64,000 nt of DNA from Diplonema japonicum (taxonomy: Eukaryota > Protista > Euglenozoa: Diplonemea). The stretch covers positions 310,001 to 374,000 of the forward strand of contig OZ025732.1 of NCBI GenBank assembly GCA_964019335.1, given 5' to 3'. Below, piece by piece: positions 12,919 to 23,479 of the stretch. The notes below the pieces were generated by a model. That model searched no databases, was not told the origin of the DNA, and saw only the letters and a list, made by a program, of their open reading frames with translations. The position numbers were made by a program, and so were the translations under genes. The stretch's first letter is position 1, and each line of letters starts with the position of its first letter.

Positions 12919-13250
12919 CAAGGTGGTGGGGATAACATGGAAATATAAGAAGTACATCAGATGTGTTGTTCGCTGTTGACCTCCTCGTCGGTCATCACCG
13001 GTAGCGCCCGAGTGGAAGAACGTATCGCAGATGCTCAGGGTGACGAACAGGCAGCAAACTGCACGAGCGCAGAATCTTGGTTACCCGGGACGCCCCGGCT
13101 AGGGTTGAGCACACCGCATGCATTAAGGACACGACGCGGAACGCAGAAGAAGCTACTGCTCGGCCGAGGAGCGCCCCCTGTAATCAAGTAGGTATTTCGT
13201 GCTTCGTTGCACGCTTAACGCCACCTAGTGTTGCAATCAAAGCCCCATTT
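12919..13250 (-). repeat. Dispersed SINE-like or retroelement 3'-end repeat
   Basis: Ends ...CCCCACCACCTTGA(A)n on the minus strand; overlapping pieces at about 440-590, 4630-4710, 21835-22020, 26270-26390, 38248-38360, and inverted at 34862-34935. Confidence 0.65.
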
Positions 13251-13655
13251 CTTTCTCTCTTTTTTCTAACATCGGCCTATCGGCAGATTATTTTTATTCA
13301 TCTTGCTTAGTGGCCGTCGCATCGAACTGCCGGAGGAAGGTGCGGGAGGTGCGGCCCCGCAACAGAGAGAACTCTCAGACACCTCCTCCTGAAGTGCCCA
13401 GCAGCCAAATCGGCCAGAGTGAACCGCTTACACCCTGACGCTGAGACACCCCGAAAGACAGTCTTATTTCTTGGATGGTTTTTATGAGACGGAAGACCTT
13501 GGTCGATTGTGTTTATTACGTTTCCTTCTTCTTCTTCTTTTTCTTTTCTTTTATAGTCTTTGTTTATTTTTATTTTCTTTTTTGATTCAGGGAGGAAGAA
13601 GAAGACGGGGAAATAAGATAACAGGGGGCATGTGCTTATAAAAGAGGCACACAAC

Positions 13656-14768
13656 ATGCACCCCGGCCTCTGGACCTCGTTTGTTCTGTTCTGCGCGGTA
13701 CTCCTTTCTGAGGCTGACGGTAAAGGCGCGTACAGGGTAAGGGCCCCAATGACTACTCCTGCGTCCTCAGGCCTTTGGCAGCATGGGGGCACCGGGTTGG
13801 TCGGAGGGGGGCCTCACAAGCGGGAGTACACGGTGGGGACCAAAACATATCACCACCACATCCACTACGAAGAGGAGTATTATGAGTATTACAAGGAGCA
13901 GCCTGCGGACTGGCGGGCGGAGAACCCTCTTAACATGAGCAAGAATTGCAGCAGGGTAGGGGCGTACCCTGACACCAGCAGCACCGACTCATGGCTTGTC
14001 GGGGAGGTTGTGATGCGTCCCAACGCCACCGTAACCGTCACCCCTGTTGAGCTGGAGGTAGATCTGTTCATGGAGCTGTTGTACCGCTCGTCTTGCCACC
14101 ACCCGTCAGAGGTTGTCATATTGTATAAGTGCGTCCTCCCCAGCACGCGGCCCTTGGGGAAGCTCACGGACGACGAGAAGTCAGATGCAAAGTTCTGCGC
14201 CTTTATCGGCGATGTGTCATCCCACGCAGCCTCGCGTTCAAGGACTCTCCTTCAGACATCATCGAACGACAGCAACATCCACGTGGAATATGCTGTTGGT
14301 GCAGAGGAGGACTCCGTTCCGTTCTTAACAGCAGCCATCAATGCTAGTCTGACAGATGAGTCAGGGTCGTTCTCCTTATACTACGGTGTGGTCAGGCATG
14401 AGGGTGTAGAGGTGAACAAGGCGGGTGTCGACCCCGACAGGAATGGGCTCGACATGTCACCTAGCGTAGAGAGCTTCATCTCCCTGTTTGTGATACTTGG
14501 CGTCTCGGTGGTCGGGAGCTTTGTACTTTATTTTAGGGGATCTCGCAGAAGTACAACAGAAGAAAGCGAGGAGATTTCATGGACTGATGAAGAAGATCTG
14601 GCACACATAGGAGCTAGGAAGGGCACTGAAGAAGGTGAAAGGAAAAAGCTTCCCAGCGAAACCGTGCACGAGGGTGCACACACTACGATCCATTGGGAGG
14701 ACAAAGGCGGTGATCGGATGGAACAGGAGGGCGATATTTGTATCACCCGAAGGCCAAGCATGACCTAG
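13656..14768 (+). CDS. Type-I membrane protein of unknown function (signal peptide, one TM helix, acidic cytoplasmic tail)
   Basis: ATG at 13656 (MHPGLWTSFVLFCAVLL); TM segment FISLFVILGVSVVGSFVLYF; near-identical paralogue at 16608. Confidence 0.75.
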   Translation: MHPGLWTSFVLFCAVLLSEADGKGAYRVRAPMTTPASSGLWQHGGTGLVGGGPHKREYTVGTKTYHHHIHYEEEYYEYYKEQPADWRAENPLNMSKNCSRVGAYPDTSSTDSWLVGEVVMRPNATVTVTPVELEVDLFMELLYRSSCHHPSEVVILYKCVLPSTRPLGKLTDDEKSDAKFCAFIGDVSSHAASRSRTLLQTSSNDSNIHVEYAVGAEEDSVPFLTAAINASLTDESGSFSLYYGVVRHEGVEVNKAGVDPDRNGLDMSPSVESFISLFVILGVSVVGSFVLYFRGSRRSTTEESEEISWTDEEDLAHIGARKGTEEGERKKLPSETVHEGAHTTIHWEDKGGDRMEQEGDICITRRPSMT

Positions 14769-15989
14769 AGGCGTTGAAAAGGACAAGAGGGGCAAGGGAA
14801 AGAAGGGAAGAAGCGGCCAGGCTGGGAAGAAGGCCAGCAAGACCACCAAAGGAGGAGAAACCGCTGCTGAAAGAAGTAAATAATAGGTGCAGGTAGAGGA
14901 TGAGAACAAAGTGGCTATATTTATTTCGTGTTGAAATAGGCTTAGAGAATTCTCTTTTTTTTTACTTCTTGTTTTTTCTTTCTTTTTTTTTGCATCACCG
15001 AAGACCAAGCATGACCTAGAGGCGTTGAAAGGACAATGGGCGAGAGAACGAAGAGAAAGAGCGGCCAGGCTGGGGAGAAGGCCGGCAAGACCACCAAAGG
15101 AGGAGAAACCGCTGCTGAAAGGGGATAGGTGCAGGTAGAAGATGAGAACAAGGGGGCGTCTCACAAAGACTTCCTTTAACTCATATATTTTTTTTTAAAA
15201 CAATGAATTGTTATTTACTAAAGAAAGAGTAGTTGTGGTAGCATTGTTGGGGCTTATCCTTCTACAGGTTAACCCCCCCGGCTGTGCACACAATAACTAT
15301 CACCCGACTCTTTTTTTAATCTTCCAGGTCATTTGAGGAATCACTCGTTTTTTTTTTTCATTCTTTGTGCGGTGCTACAATTATACGATGTTTCTTTTTC
15401 TTTTTTTTTTCTTTTGCGAGAACGTGTCTTTGACTTGTCCAAGCAGAACGGGAACGTTGGCAGGCGTATTTCGGGGTTTGCGTGAGTGAAGGAAGTGACT
15501 GGAAGAACGAAGAACGGAAAGACAGAGAACGCACAGTTTTTTTTTTTTTTGAAGTTTTTCTCCTCTTTAGTTAAGGTCTCTGGGAAAAGCAGAACCTAAA
15601 GGAAAAGGAACTCCACCCCCCCCCCCCCCCCGCCCCCCGGAGGCCTGATGTGATATCTTGTATTTTCTTTCTCTCTCTTTTCTTTCTTACAAATATTATA
15701 TCTTTTCAGAAGGTATGATTTTATAACTATGTGCGGCCTTTTGCAACTTTTTTAAAAGTCTTTTTTTTTTTTTTTTTTTTTGCAGGAACGAGTTTGTCTA
15801 GGCAGAAGAGGGGGGCAGCGTTATCATTGTTAGTGTGGGTCTTCCCACCCTCCCTCCTGGGCACGTGCAAACCTCCAGTACCGCTTTTCTTTTTTTTTTT
15901 CTTCTTTTTTTTTTTTGTTTTAACGATATTATTGTCGAGGCTAAAAAGCTAGTTGATGGCAACGTAATGAGCTATTTTATTTTTAGGTT

Positions 15990-16480
15990 TAAGAAGCGAA
16001 AGCCTGGACAGCCGCGTCTCATCCTCGCCTGCACAGGTCTGAACAAGAGTCTGAGCCACTTACCCTTGCCGCCTTGTAACCCCTTCCTGTCGCGAGATAG
16101 TCGAGACCATGTTCCGATAGCCTGCTGCATCGAGCACGATTTCAAATCATGGTTTTTCCAGTTTGAGCTGCACAGGGAATCGCGCAGGCTTGCATGGGGT
16201 ACCGAGCCGCGACCAGATGCGGTGGATGCTCTGTCCTGGCTGTCGTCTGGCTGGGCAACATCGTGCTTATTGACAAAGACCTGGATGTTGAAGGAGGCTT
16301 CGCTCAGGTTCGAGGCTCTGTGCAGGTGGTACCGCATAGTAATCGGCGAGACGTCGGCGTCCGTCACAGGGCTTCTTGACTACACTCGTAGTGGTACCAG
16401 GATGCAGGATGCGCTGCGGACTGCTTTCGTGGAGCTACGACAGAACGAGTGGAAGCGGTGGGCCGAGCGGGTACAGTCCT
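15990..16480 (+). mobile_element. Degenerate reverse-transcriptase fragment, possibly DIRS/TATE-like
   Basis: RLILACTGLNK, HDFKSWFFQFEL and RLAWG resemble the N-terminal RT motifs (RLIxDxxxLN, DxKxxFxQ, RLPxG) of tyrosine-recombinase retroelements. Confidence 0.45.
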
Positions 16481-16607
16481 TCTTCTTCTTCTTTTTTTTT
16501 TATAGTTTTTTATTTTGATTTTCTTTTTGATTCAAAGAAGAAGACGAAAATAATTAGGGGGCATGTGCTTGTAAAGGAAGACGGAAAGAATATCAGAAAT
16601 ACACAAC

Positions 16608-17495
16608 ATGCACCCCGGCCTCTGGACCTCGTCTGTTCTGTTCTGCGCGGTACTCCTTTCTGAGGCTGACGGTAAAGGCGCGTACAGGGTAAGGGCCCCA
16701 ATGACTACTCCTGCGTCCTCAGGCCTTTGGCAGCATGGGGGCACCGGGTTGGTCGGAGGGGGGCCTCACAAGCGGGAGTACACGGTGGGGACCAAAACAT
16801 ATCACCACCACATCCACTACGAAGAGGAGTATTATGAGTATTACAAGGAGCAGCCTGCGGACTGGCGGGCGGAGAACCCTCTTAACATGAGCAAGAATTG
16901 CAGCAGGGTAGGGGCGTACCCTGACACCAGCAGCACCGACTCATGGCTTGTCGGGGAGGTTGTGATGCGTCCCAACGCCACCGTAACCGTCACCCCTGTT
17001 GAGCTGGAGGTAGATCTGTTCATGGAGCTGTTGTACCGCTCGTCTTGCCACCACCCGTCAGAGGTTGTCATATTGTATAAGTGCGTCCTCCCCAGCACGC
17101 GGCCCTTGGGGAAGCTCACGGACGACGAGAAGTCAGATGCAAAGTTCTGCGCCTTTATCGGCGATGTGTCATCCCACGCAGCCTCGCGTTCAAGGACTCT
17201 CCTTCAGACATCATCGAACGACAGCAACATCCACGTGGAATATGCTGTTGGTGCAGAGGAGGACTCCGTTCCGTTCTTAACAGCAGCCATCAATGCTAGT
17301 CTGACAGATGAGTCAGGGTCGTTCTCCTTATACTACGGTGTGGTCAGGCACGAGGGTGTAGAGGTGAACAAGGCGGGTGTTGACGACTGGGGTGGGCTCG
17401 ACATGTCACCTAGCGTAGAGAGCTTCATCCCCCTGTTTGTGATACTTGGCGTCTCGGTGGTCGGGAGCTTTGTACTTTATTTCGCGTTGAGGTAG
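16608..17495 (+). CDS. Tandem copy of the membrane protein lacking the cytoplasmic tail
   Basis: Almost identical to 13656-14533; ends VLYFALR* just after the TM helix. Confidence 0.7.
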   Translation: MHPGLWTSSVLFCAVLLSEADGKGAYRVRAPMTTPASSGLWQHGGTGLVGGGPHKREYTVGTKTYHHHIHYEEEYYEYYKEQPADWRAENPLNMSKNCSRVGAYPDTSSTDSWLVGEVVMRPNATVTVTPVELEVDLFMELLYRSSCHHPSEVVILYKCVLPSTRPLGKLTDDEKSDAKFCAFIGDVSSHAASRSRTLLQTSSNDSNIHVEYAVGAEEDSVPFLTAAINASLTDESGSFSLYYGVVRHEGVEVNKAGVDDWGGLDMSPSVESFIPLFVILGVSVVGSFVLYFALR

Positions 17496-18922
17496 GCTTA
17501 GAGGATTCTTTTTTTTATTTCTTGTTTTTTTTTTCTTTTTGACAATGAGTTGTTATTTGCTAAAAGAAGAGTAGTTGTGGTAGCATTGTTGGGGCTTATC
17601 CTTCTACAGGTTAACCCCCCCGGCTGTGCACACAACAACTATCACCCGACTCTTTTTTTAATCTTCCAGGTCATTTGAGGAATCACTCATTTTTCTTTTC
17701 ATTCTTTTAGCGGTTCTACAATTACGATGTTTTTTTCTTTTTTTTTTTTTTTGCAGGAAACGAGTCTTTGACTTGTCCAAGCAGAACGGGAACGTTGGTT
17801 TTACCAGCTTCTCCGGGTTTTACCGCACGTTTTGGCAGAAACTTGTTTTGCTCTGTTTTCTTGAAGCTTTGGCAGAATGGACAGCGACAGGAGGTTTTTT
17901 TTTGGTTTTGGCCACCTGGGTCAGCTTTTGTTTTTTGCGAGGCATTTTTCTTTTGTTCCTTTTAATTTTAAATACCGTAATAGGCCACATAGGGTCGTGA
18001 GCTACAAGCTCATGGGCCCTGCGCGTCGTGAGTGAAGGAAGTGACTGGAAGAACGAAGAATGGAAAGGCAGAGAACGTACAGTTTTTCTTTTTTGGAGTA
18101 TTTCTCCTCTTTAGCTTAAGTTTTTGAGAAAAGCAGAACCTAAAGGGAGGAACTCCCCCCTGATGGTGATAGCTTGTGTTTTCTTTCCCTCTCTTTTCTT
18201 TCTTACATTATATCTTTCAGAAGATATGATTTTATAACTATGTTGCAGCTTGTGCCGCAGCAGGAAGGAGCTGTTTTGAAAGTCTTTTTTTTTTTTTTGG
18301 AGGAACGAGTTTGTCTAGGCAGAAGAGGGGGGCAGCGTTATCATTGTTAATGTGGGTCCCCCCACCCTCCCTCCTGGGCACGTGCAGACCTCCAGTACCG
18401 CGTTTCTTTTTCTTTTTCTTTTTTTGTTTTAACGATATTATTTTTGTCGAGACTAAAAACTAGTTGATGGCAACGTAATGAGCTATTTTATTAGGTAGGG
18501 ATTGCGCACAAACAAGGTACTGTGAAGCGCCAAACTAGTTTTTTTTTTCTTTCGCTCTTTCTCCTCGAGCCCCTTCCAGCATGTTTTCTCATGCAGGTGA
18601 ATATCCGTTTCGCGAAAAAGAAATAGTTTATGAGCTTATGTTCACTCTTTCCTTTTTCCTTTTTTTTCCCTTTCCTTTTAACCCTTTTTCGGAGCTTTTT
18701 AAGAAGGATAAGGTGACAAACTGTAGGGTGGCCTGGGAAAAGAAAAAGGAGAACATCAACTAGAAATCGAGACTATCTTTTTTTTTTTTCTTTTTTTTGT
18801 TCAACACCCCCCCGACATGGGGGGGCCCTTTTCTATTCACTATCTTTTTTTTTTTTTTTTGTGTTCTTTCCTTCCCCCCCCCCCACCACCACCACCACCC
18901 CCCCCAAACAAAGAATGCAAAA

Positions 18923-19945
18923 ATGCCGCAAGCCAGGCTGATGGTGTTAGTTCCCTTGATAGTGGGGTTCTGTGTGTTTAAGCAGCTGACCCAGAATCAT
19001 ATTTCCATGCGGCCGCCGCGGTCAGACCTTAATCACGTGTATTGCAAGACAATGAAGGACATATACCCGGGGAGGTTGATCAAGAGCAGATGGGTCCCTG
19101 ACAATTGTTATTTAAGAGCTCTCTCCTTGGCAGAGACGCAGAAGTGCTTGGCGCACCCGAAGTTTTATGCGATTACGGATTCTCTGGGGCGTGAGATCTA
19201 TTACCACTTGCGGCATTCTTACAGGCTGCTTCACAACAAAACGGAGAACAGCGAGCTGGCCGTTATGGATCACATCTGGACCCCGCAGACTTCGAGGCCT
19301 TTTGGGTACCTGACCCAGGGGAATTTACGAGACACAAGAAATTTTTTGAGAGAAAGTGCGGAGTTCATCTTGTTTTCAAACGGCCTGTGGGATGTCGGGT
19401 CGCATTTCTGCGGCCCTATTCACTATTTCGAATTCATGGTTTTGAAGGTGAAACGGTACTTGGCGGAGGCGAAAAGCGATGTAAGAGCTGTTCTGTACAA
19501 CATACCTTACATCCACCACGTAGAGCAAAGGGTATGGGGTACAAACTGTAACATCGGCGAGAAGCTTAAGGTGTACCGCGAGGCGCTTGAGCTTGTATCC
19601 GCTTGCACGGGTGTTCCAATATTTGACACGTATCAGATGCAGAAGCAATATCCGGACCTTGTGCCCGATGGTGTTCATGCAAAATTTGAGGTTCTTAATG
19701 CTATCGTGGGCCTTGTGCTTAACACAATGTGTCTTCCCCCTGAGCAGCGGGTGGAGGCGTACTATCCAAACGTTACGTGTTCTCTTGATGCGATCTCCGA
19801 GGCGAAGGAACGGTGGGCTGCCATACCCCTGGCCATGAACCACTCTCAGGGATGCCCGAAGGCGGATATTACATGTTTTACTACGCCGAGCGACTACCTC
19901 AGACAGGGGCCGTTGGAGGACAAGCCTACCCCTGCCCCTGAGTGA
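18923..19945 (+). CDS. SGNH/PC-esterase-like protein, paralogue of 3520-4575
   Basis: Likely ATG at 18923 (MPQARLMVLVPLIVG); ITDSLGR, NGLWD and DGVH motifs; colinear with 3520-4575. Confidence 0.75.
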   Translation: MPQARLMVLVPLIVGFCVFKQLTQNHISMRPPRSDLNHVYCKTMKDIYPGRLIKSRWVPDNCYLRALSLAETQKCLAHPKFYAITDSLGREIYYHLRHSYRLLHNKTENSELAVMDHIWTPQTSRPFGYLTQGNLRDTRNFLRESAEFILFSNGLWDVGSHFCGPIHYFEFMVLKVKRYLAEAKSDVRAVLYNIPYIHHVEQRVWGTNCNIGEKLKVYREALELVSACTGVPIFDTYQMQKQYPDLVPDGVHAKFEVLNAIVGLVLNTMCLPPEQRVEAYYPNVTCSLDAISEAKERWAAIPLAMNHSQGCPKADITCFTTPSDYLRQGPLEDKPTPAPE

Positions 19946-20364
19946 TTTGATCAAAGAGAAGAACGAAGAAAAGAAAAGAAAAAGAAAGAAAAAGAATGAA
20001 GCTTTTTTTTTTTTTGTCATTCTTTTTTTGTGCCCGAGCAAAAGGAAGATATTAATTCTCTGTTTTTTTTTTTTTTTCTCTGTTTCTTTTTTTTGGGGGG
20101 GGGACCATTGTTCTAACCTCCCTGGTTCCTGGTAATTGTGGTTTGGGGGGGAGACACAAACGAAAGGGATGCTCCCATTACATCGAACTAGAAGGTGGTT
20201 TTAGCTCACTGCGGCCTTGTGCCAGTGAAGCAAGCCTCCCACAGCACACTCTCCAGTTGGTGTTTAATTGCCTATTTCAAAGCTGGGTTTCTTTACCTCT
20301 CCACTTTTTACTGGGTGCATGGCAGCACTAGAAACGAGACAACCCCCTTTTCTTTTTTTTCTTT

Positions 20365-20893
20365 GGGCTCATGAAACAGTACGGACAGGAGATCGTCAAA
20401 TGGCTAGGGCAGCTCAAGTGGTACCGGGGCCCGAGGAGAACAACGGTCACGACAATAGAGCTTGCGCTGGACTTCGAGAACAGCACAATGAAGTCGCTGG
20501 TGGGTGAACGTGGAGACCTGACACTAATAGGTAAAAAGGCGAGACGGCTACATGGCCTGCTGGTGAGGCTGCAGGAAGGCTGGCAGGACGCGCGGATAAG
20601 GAGGAAGGTCAGGGGACACAGAGCCATACCGGCGGAGCAACGGCGGAACCACGGCCTGAGGACCATAGGGGGGAGAAAGGTCTTGGGCTGGGACAGAAGA
20701 CCGCTGCACGTCTCGGAACAGACGAAGAAGGACCTCCAGAAACTGAGACAGCAGTGGCAGAAGGAGCGGGTGAGCGCCATGAGGGAGCGGGCTCAGCCCA
20801 AAAAGGAAAGACCGAAGCCGCTGAAGGGAGATAGGGGCAGGAAGAAGAACAAGACAGGACGTCCCAGATCAGGGATTTCCTTTTACCTCTTTA
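20365..20893 (+). mobile_element. 5'-truncated 3' end of LINE A
   Basis: Near-identical to 34425-34827 plus the tail found inverted at 35478-35602; T-rich flanks. Confidence 0.9.
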
Positions 20894-21427
20894 CTTTTTT
20901 TTCTTTTTTTTCTTGCTTTTGGACAAGAAAGAAATACTAGTTATAAGACGAGGGAAGGAGGAGTCGAGAGGCAGGCTCTTGTATTCGGCTTCGTTAAGCA
21001 GAGGGATTAACGTTATTCCCCTGCGTAAGGGTTTAGGGCCGAACGGGTTTTGCCTCTCGAGACTCGTTTTTTTTTTTTAATCATCTACAGTTGTTTTCGT
21101 ATTCCTTTTTCGCTATTCACTTGAAAGACTCTCTGCAGTGAGTACGCCGACATCGGGGACAACACCCCCGTGTGAAAACAGGCTGGGTAGGTGCAATATC
21201 TTGTCGTTTTTTAATGCACCTGTTGTAACCGGTTTTTGGATTTTAATGTGTGATCCTATAAATTCCCAAGATTTTGTGGAAGAATGAGGGTACACAAAAA
21301 AAAAAATAATAAATGCCCATAACCGGTAGTAATAAATGTAGATTTTTCCTGTTTTCTTTTTTTTTTTTAGGTGGAGGGTGGTCCTCAAGTGGGATTTGCC
21401 CTTAAACATCGCCTTTTTTTTTTTTTT

Positions 21428-21824
21428 CGAATGGACGACCGGAAAGTCTTTGGGAGGCCTGCTGGAAGATAGGGCGCGCAGAATCAAAGCTCTCATCGTA
21501 AAGATAAACACAGCATGCAGGGCACGGAAGAAGCGACGCCCCTTCCCAGCGGACGAGAGAAAAAGAGTGAAGTCCCTCATCGCCATTGGAGGAAAGGCAG
21601 CTATTGGTTTCTCCAGGAGGCCAATTTTCGCCACCCGCTCCACGCACGACAAGCTAATGGAATTGAAAGCCGACTACAAGCGGGACTGCATCACACGACT
21701 CCGCAAGACGCTCACGGCCTCAATCGGAATGAAAGCAATGCTCCAGAAGGGGAGTATTAACAGATAGACCCCCCCCCCTCCCATAGGGCGGCCCTCTAGC
21801 GGGGGGTTTGTCCTGTACTTTGAG
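21428..21824 (+). mobile_element. 5'-truncated 3' end of a LINE B-family copy
   Basis: Encodes the ORF2 C-terminus (FEWTTGK...AMLQKGSINR) and ends hairpin-CTTTGAG between T-runs; another decayed copy at about 22050-22225. Confidence 0.9.
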
Positions 21825-23479
21825 TTTTTTTTTAAACTGCACGAACGCAGAATCTTGGTTACCCGGGGACGCCCCGGCTGGGGTTGAGCTGTTCACCGCA
21901 CGCATTAAGGACACGACGCGGAACGCAGAAGAAGCTACAACTCAGCCGCGGTGCACCCTGTAATCAAGTAGACAGTTCTTGTGCAGGGCGCCGCCAACAC
22001 CGGCCTCTTTTAACTCATATTTTTTTTTTTGAGAGGCATGCGCGTCCAGGAGGCCCATTTTCGCCACCCACTACATGTATGACAAGCTGATGGAACTGAA
22101 GGCCGCCTACAAGCGACACCGCACACGACGCAATACGCTCACGGCCTCGATCGGGATGAAAGCAATGCTCCAGAAGGGGTGTATTAAGGGCGGCCCTCTA
22201 GCGGGGGGCTTTCCTGTACCTTGATACCTTGTTTTTTTTTTTTTTTTTTTTTCTTTTTTTTTTTTGCAAGAACGAGTCTTTGACCTTGTCTAAACAAAGG
22301 GGGAACAAGAGCGTTGGCAACGTGTTTCTGATTGACAGGCCTTCTCTATGTTTTACCCGGCACGTACAAACAAAAGAAGAAGGTGGGAAGCAAAAAAGAA
22401 GGTTTTTTTTTCCCCCCGGGGCAGCGTGGGTGATATATGGCTCCGGTAGCCCCCCCCCCCCCCCCCCTCCCCAAGAAGGATACTGAGGTCGGGCACCCCA
22501 GTAGCCATAAAACGAAAAGAAAAAGAAAAGAAGTCCCACTACCCACTACTACCTGCGGCCAAGCGTAATAGGGAGTGTTTCTAACGGGTGAAATATATAG
22601 GTTTCTACAGGTTTCTGCTCCCCCCCCCCCCCCCCCCCCGCGTTTTCTTTTTGCATTTTCTTTCTTCTTCTTCTTCCACCGGGAGAGAAAGAACAGCATT
22701 TTATGAAGAGTTCAAAAGAAGGAAGAAAAAGGTTTTATATTTCCATACGCCCAGCTACCTTCCTATATCTGGCAATGACTTGTTATGCAAAGAGAGCCAC
22801 ATGCTAACGGGGAGTGATTGTCACAATTATTATCGCACTACTGGAGCTATAGTTCAGAAACAAGACAGAAAACAGGTTTTTTTTTTTTTACTCTCCCCCC
22901 TCCCCTACTCTTCCTTCTCATTGCCTTATATGACCCTCCCTCCTGACCTGCGATATGCAGGTTAATCCTCATGAATCTTACTCACGCGCACAAAGCAACG
23001 GTCGGTCCTCGTGGCCTTCCGACGGTTTCATTCGTTTAATTCTTTTTTTCCCCCTCGAGGGGGTGGGGGGGGATGGAAATAATTAAAAGAGAAAGAAGAT
23101 CTGATTTCGGTGCACGGGTTTGTTAAAGAAAAAGGAAGAAAGAAAAAAGAGAAACGAGTTTTTCAAGAGATTTCGACAGTTTTCTTTTTTTTTTTTTCTT
23201 CTCTTTTCTACAAAAGCTTGGTTGTTTGTGATCTTTTTCGTTTTTGTTTTGGTTTTCTTTTTTTTTTTTTTAGAGAAAAGAAGAGAGGGAGGAGAAATAA
23301 GAAAAGGGTCTTAGCGCGTGTTTGGACTGAGTTTCTTTTTTTTTTTTTTTTTTATATTATTATTTTCCGTTTTCTTTTCTTTAGAATAACGAAAGAACAA
23401 ATTAGAAAGAAAAAAAAAAGGGGGGGGGGGGGGGGGGGCAACATTCGACAAAAGAAGAGAAAGAGACAAACAAGTCAAC

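Noticed and set aside
14522-14533. TGTACTTTATTT as an SL relic (also at 17471-17482)
   Set aside because: Only 11 nt match and it encodes VLYF within a TM helix; most likely chance
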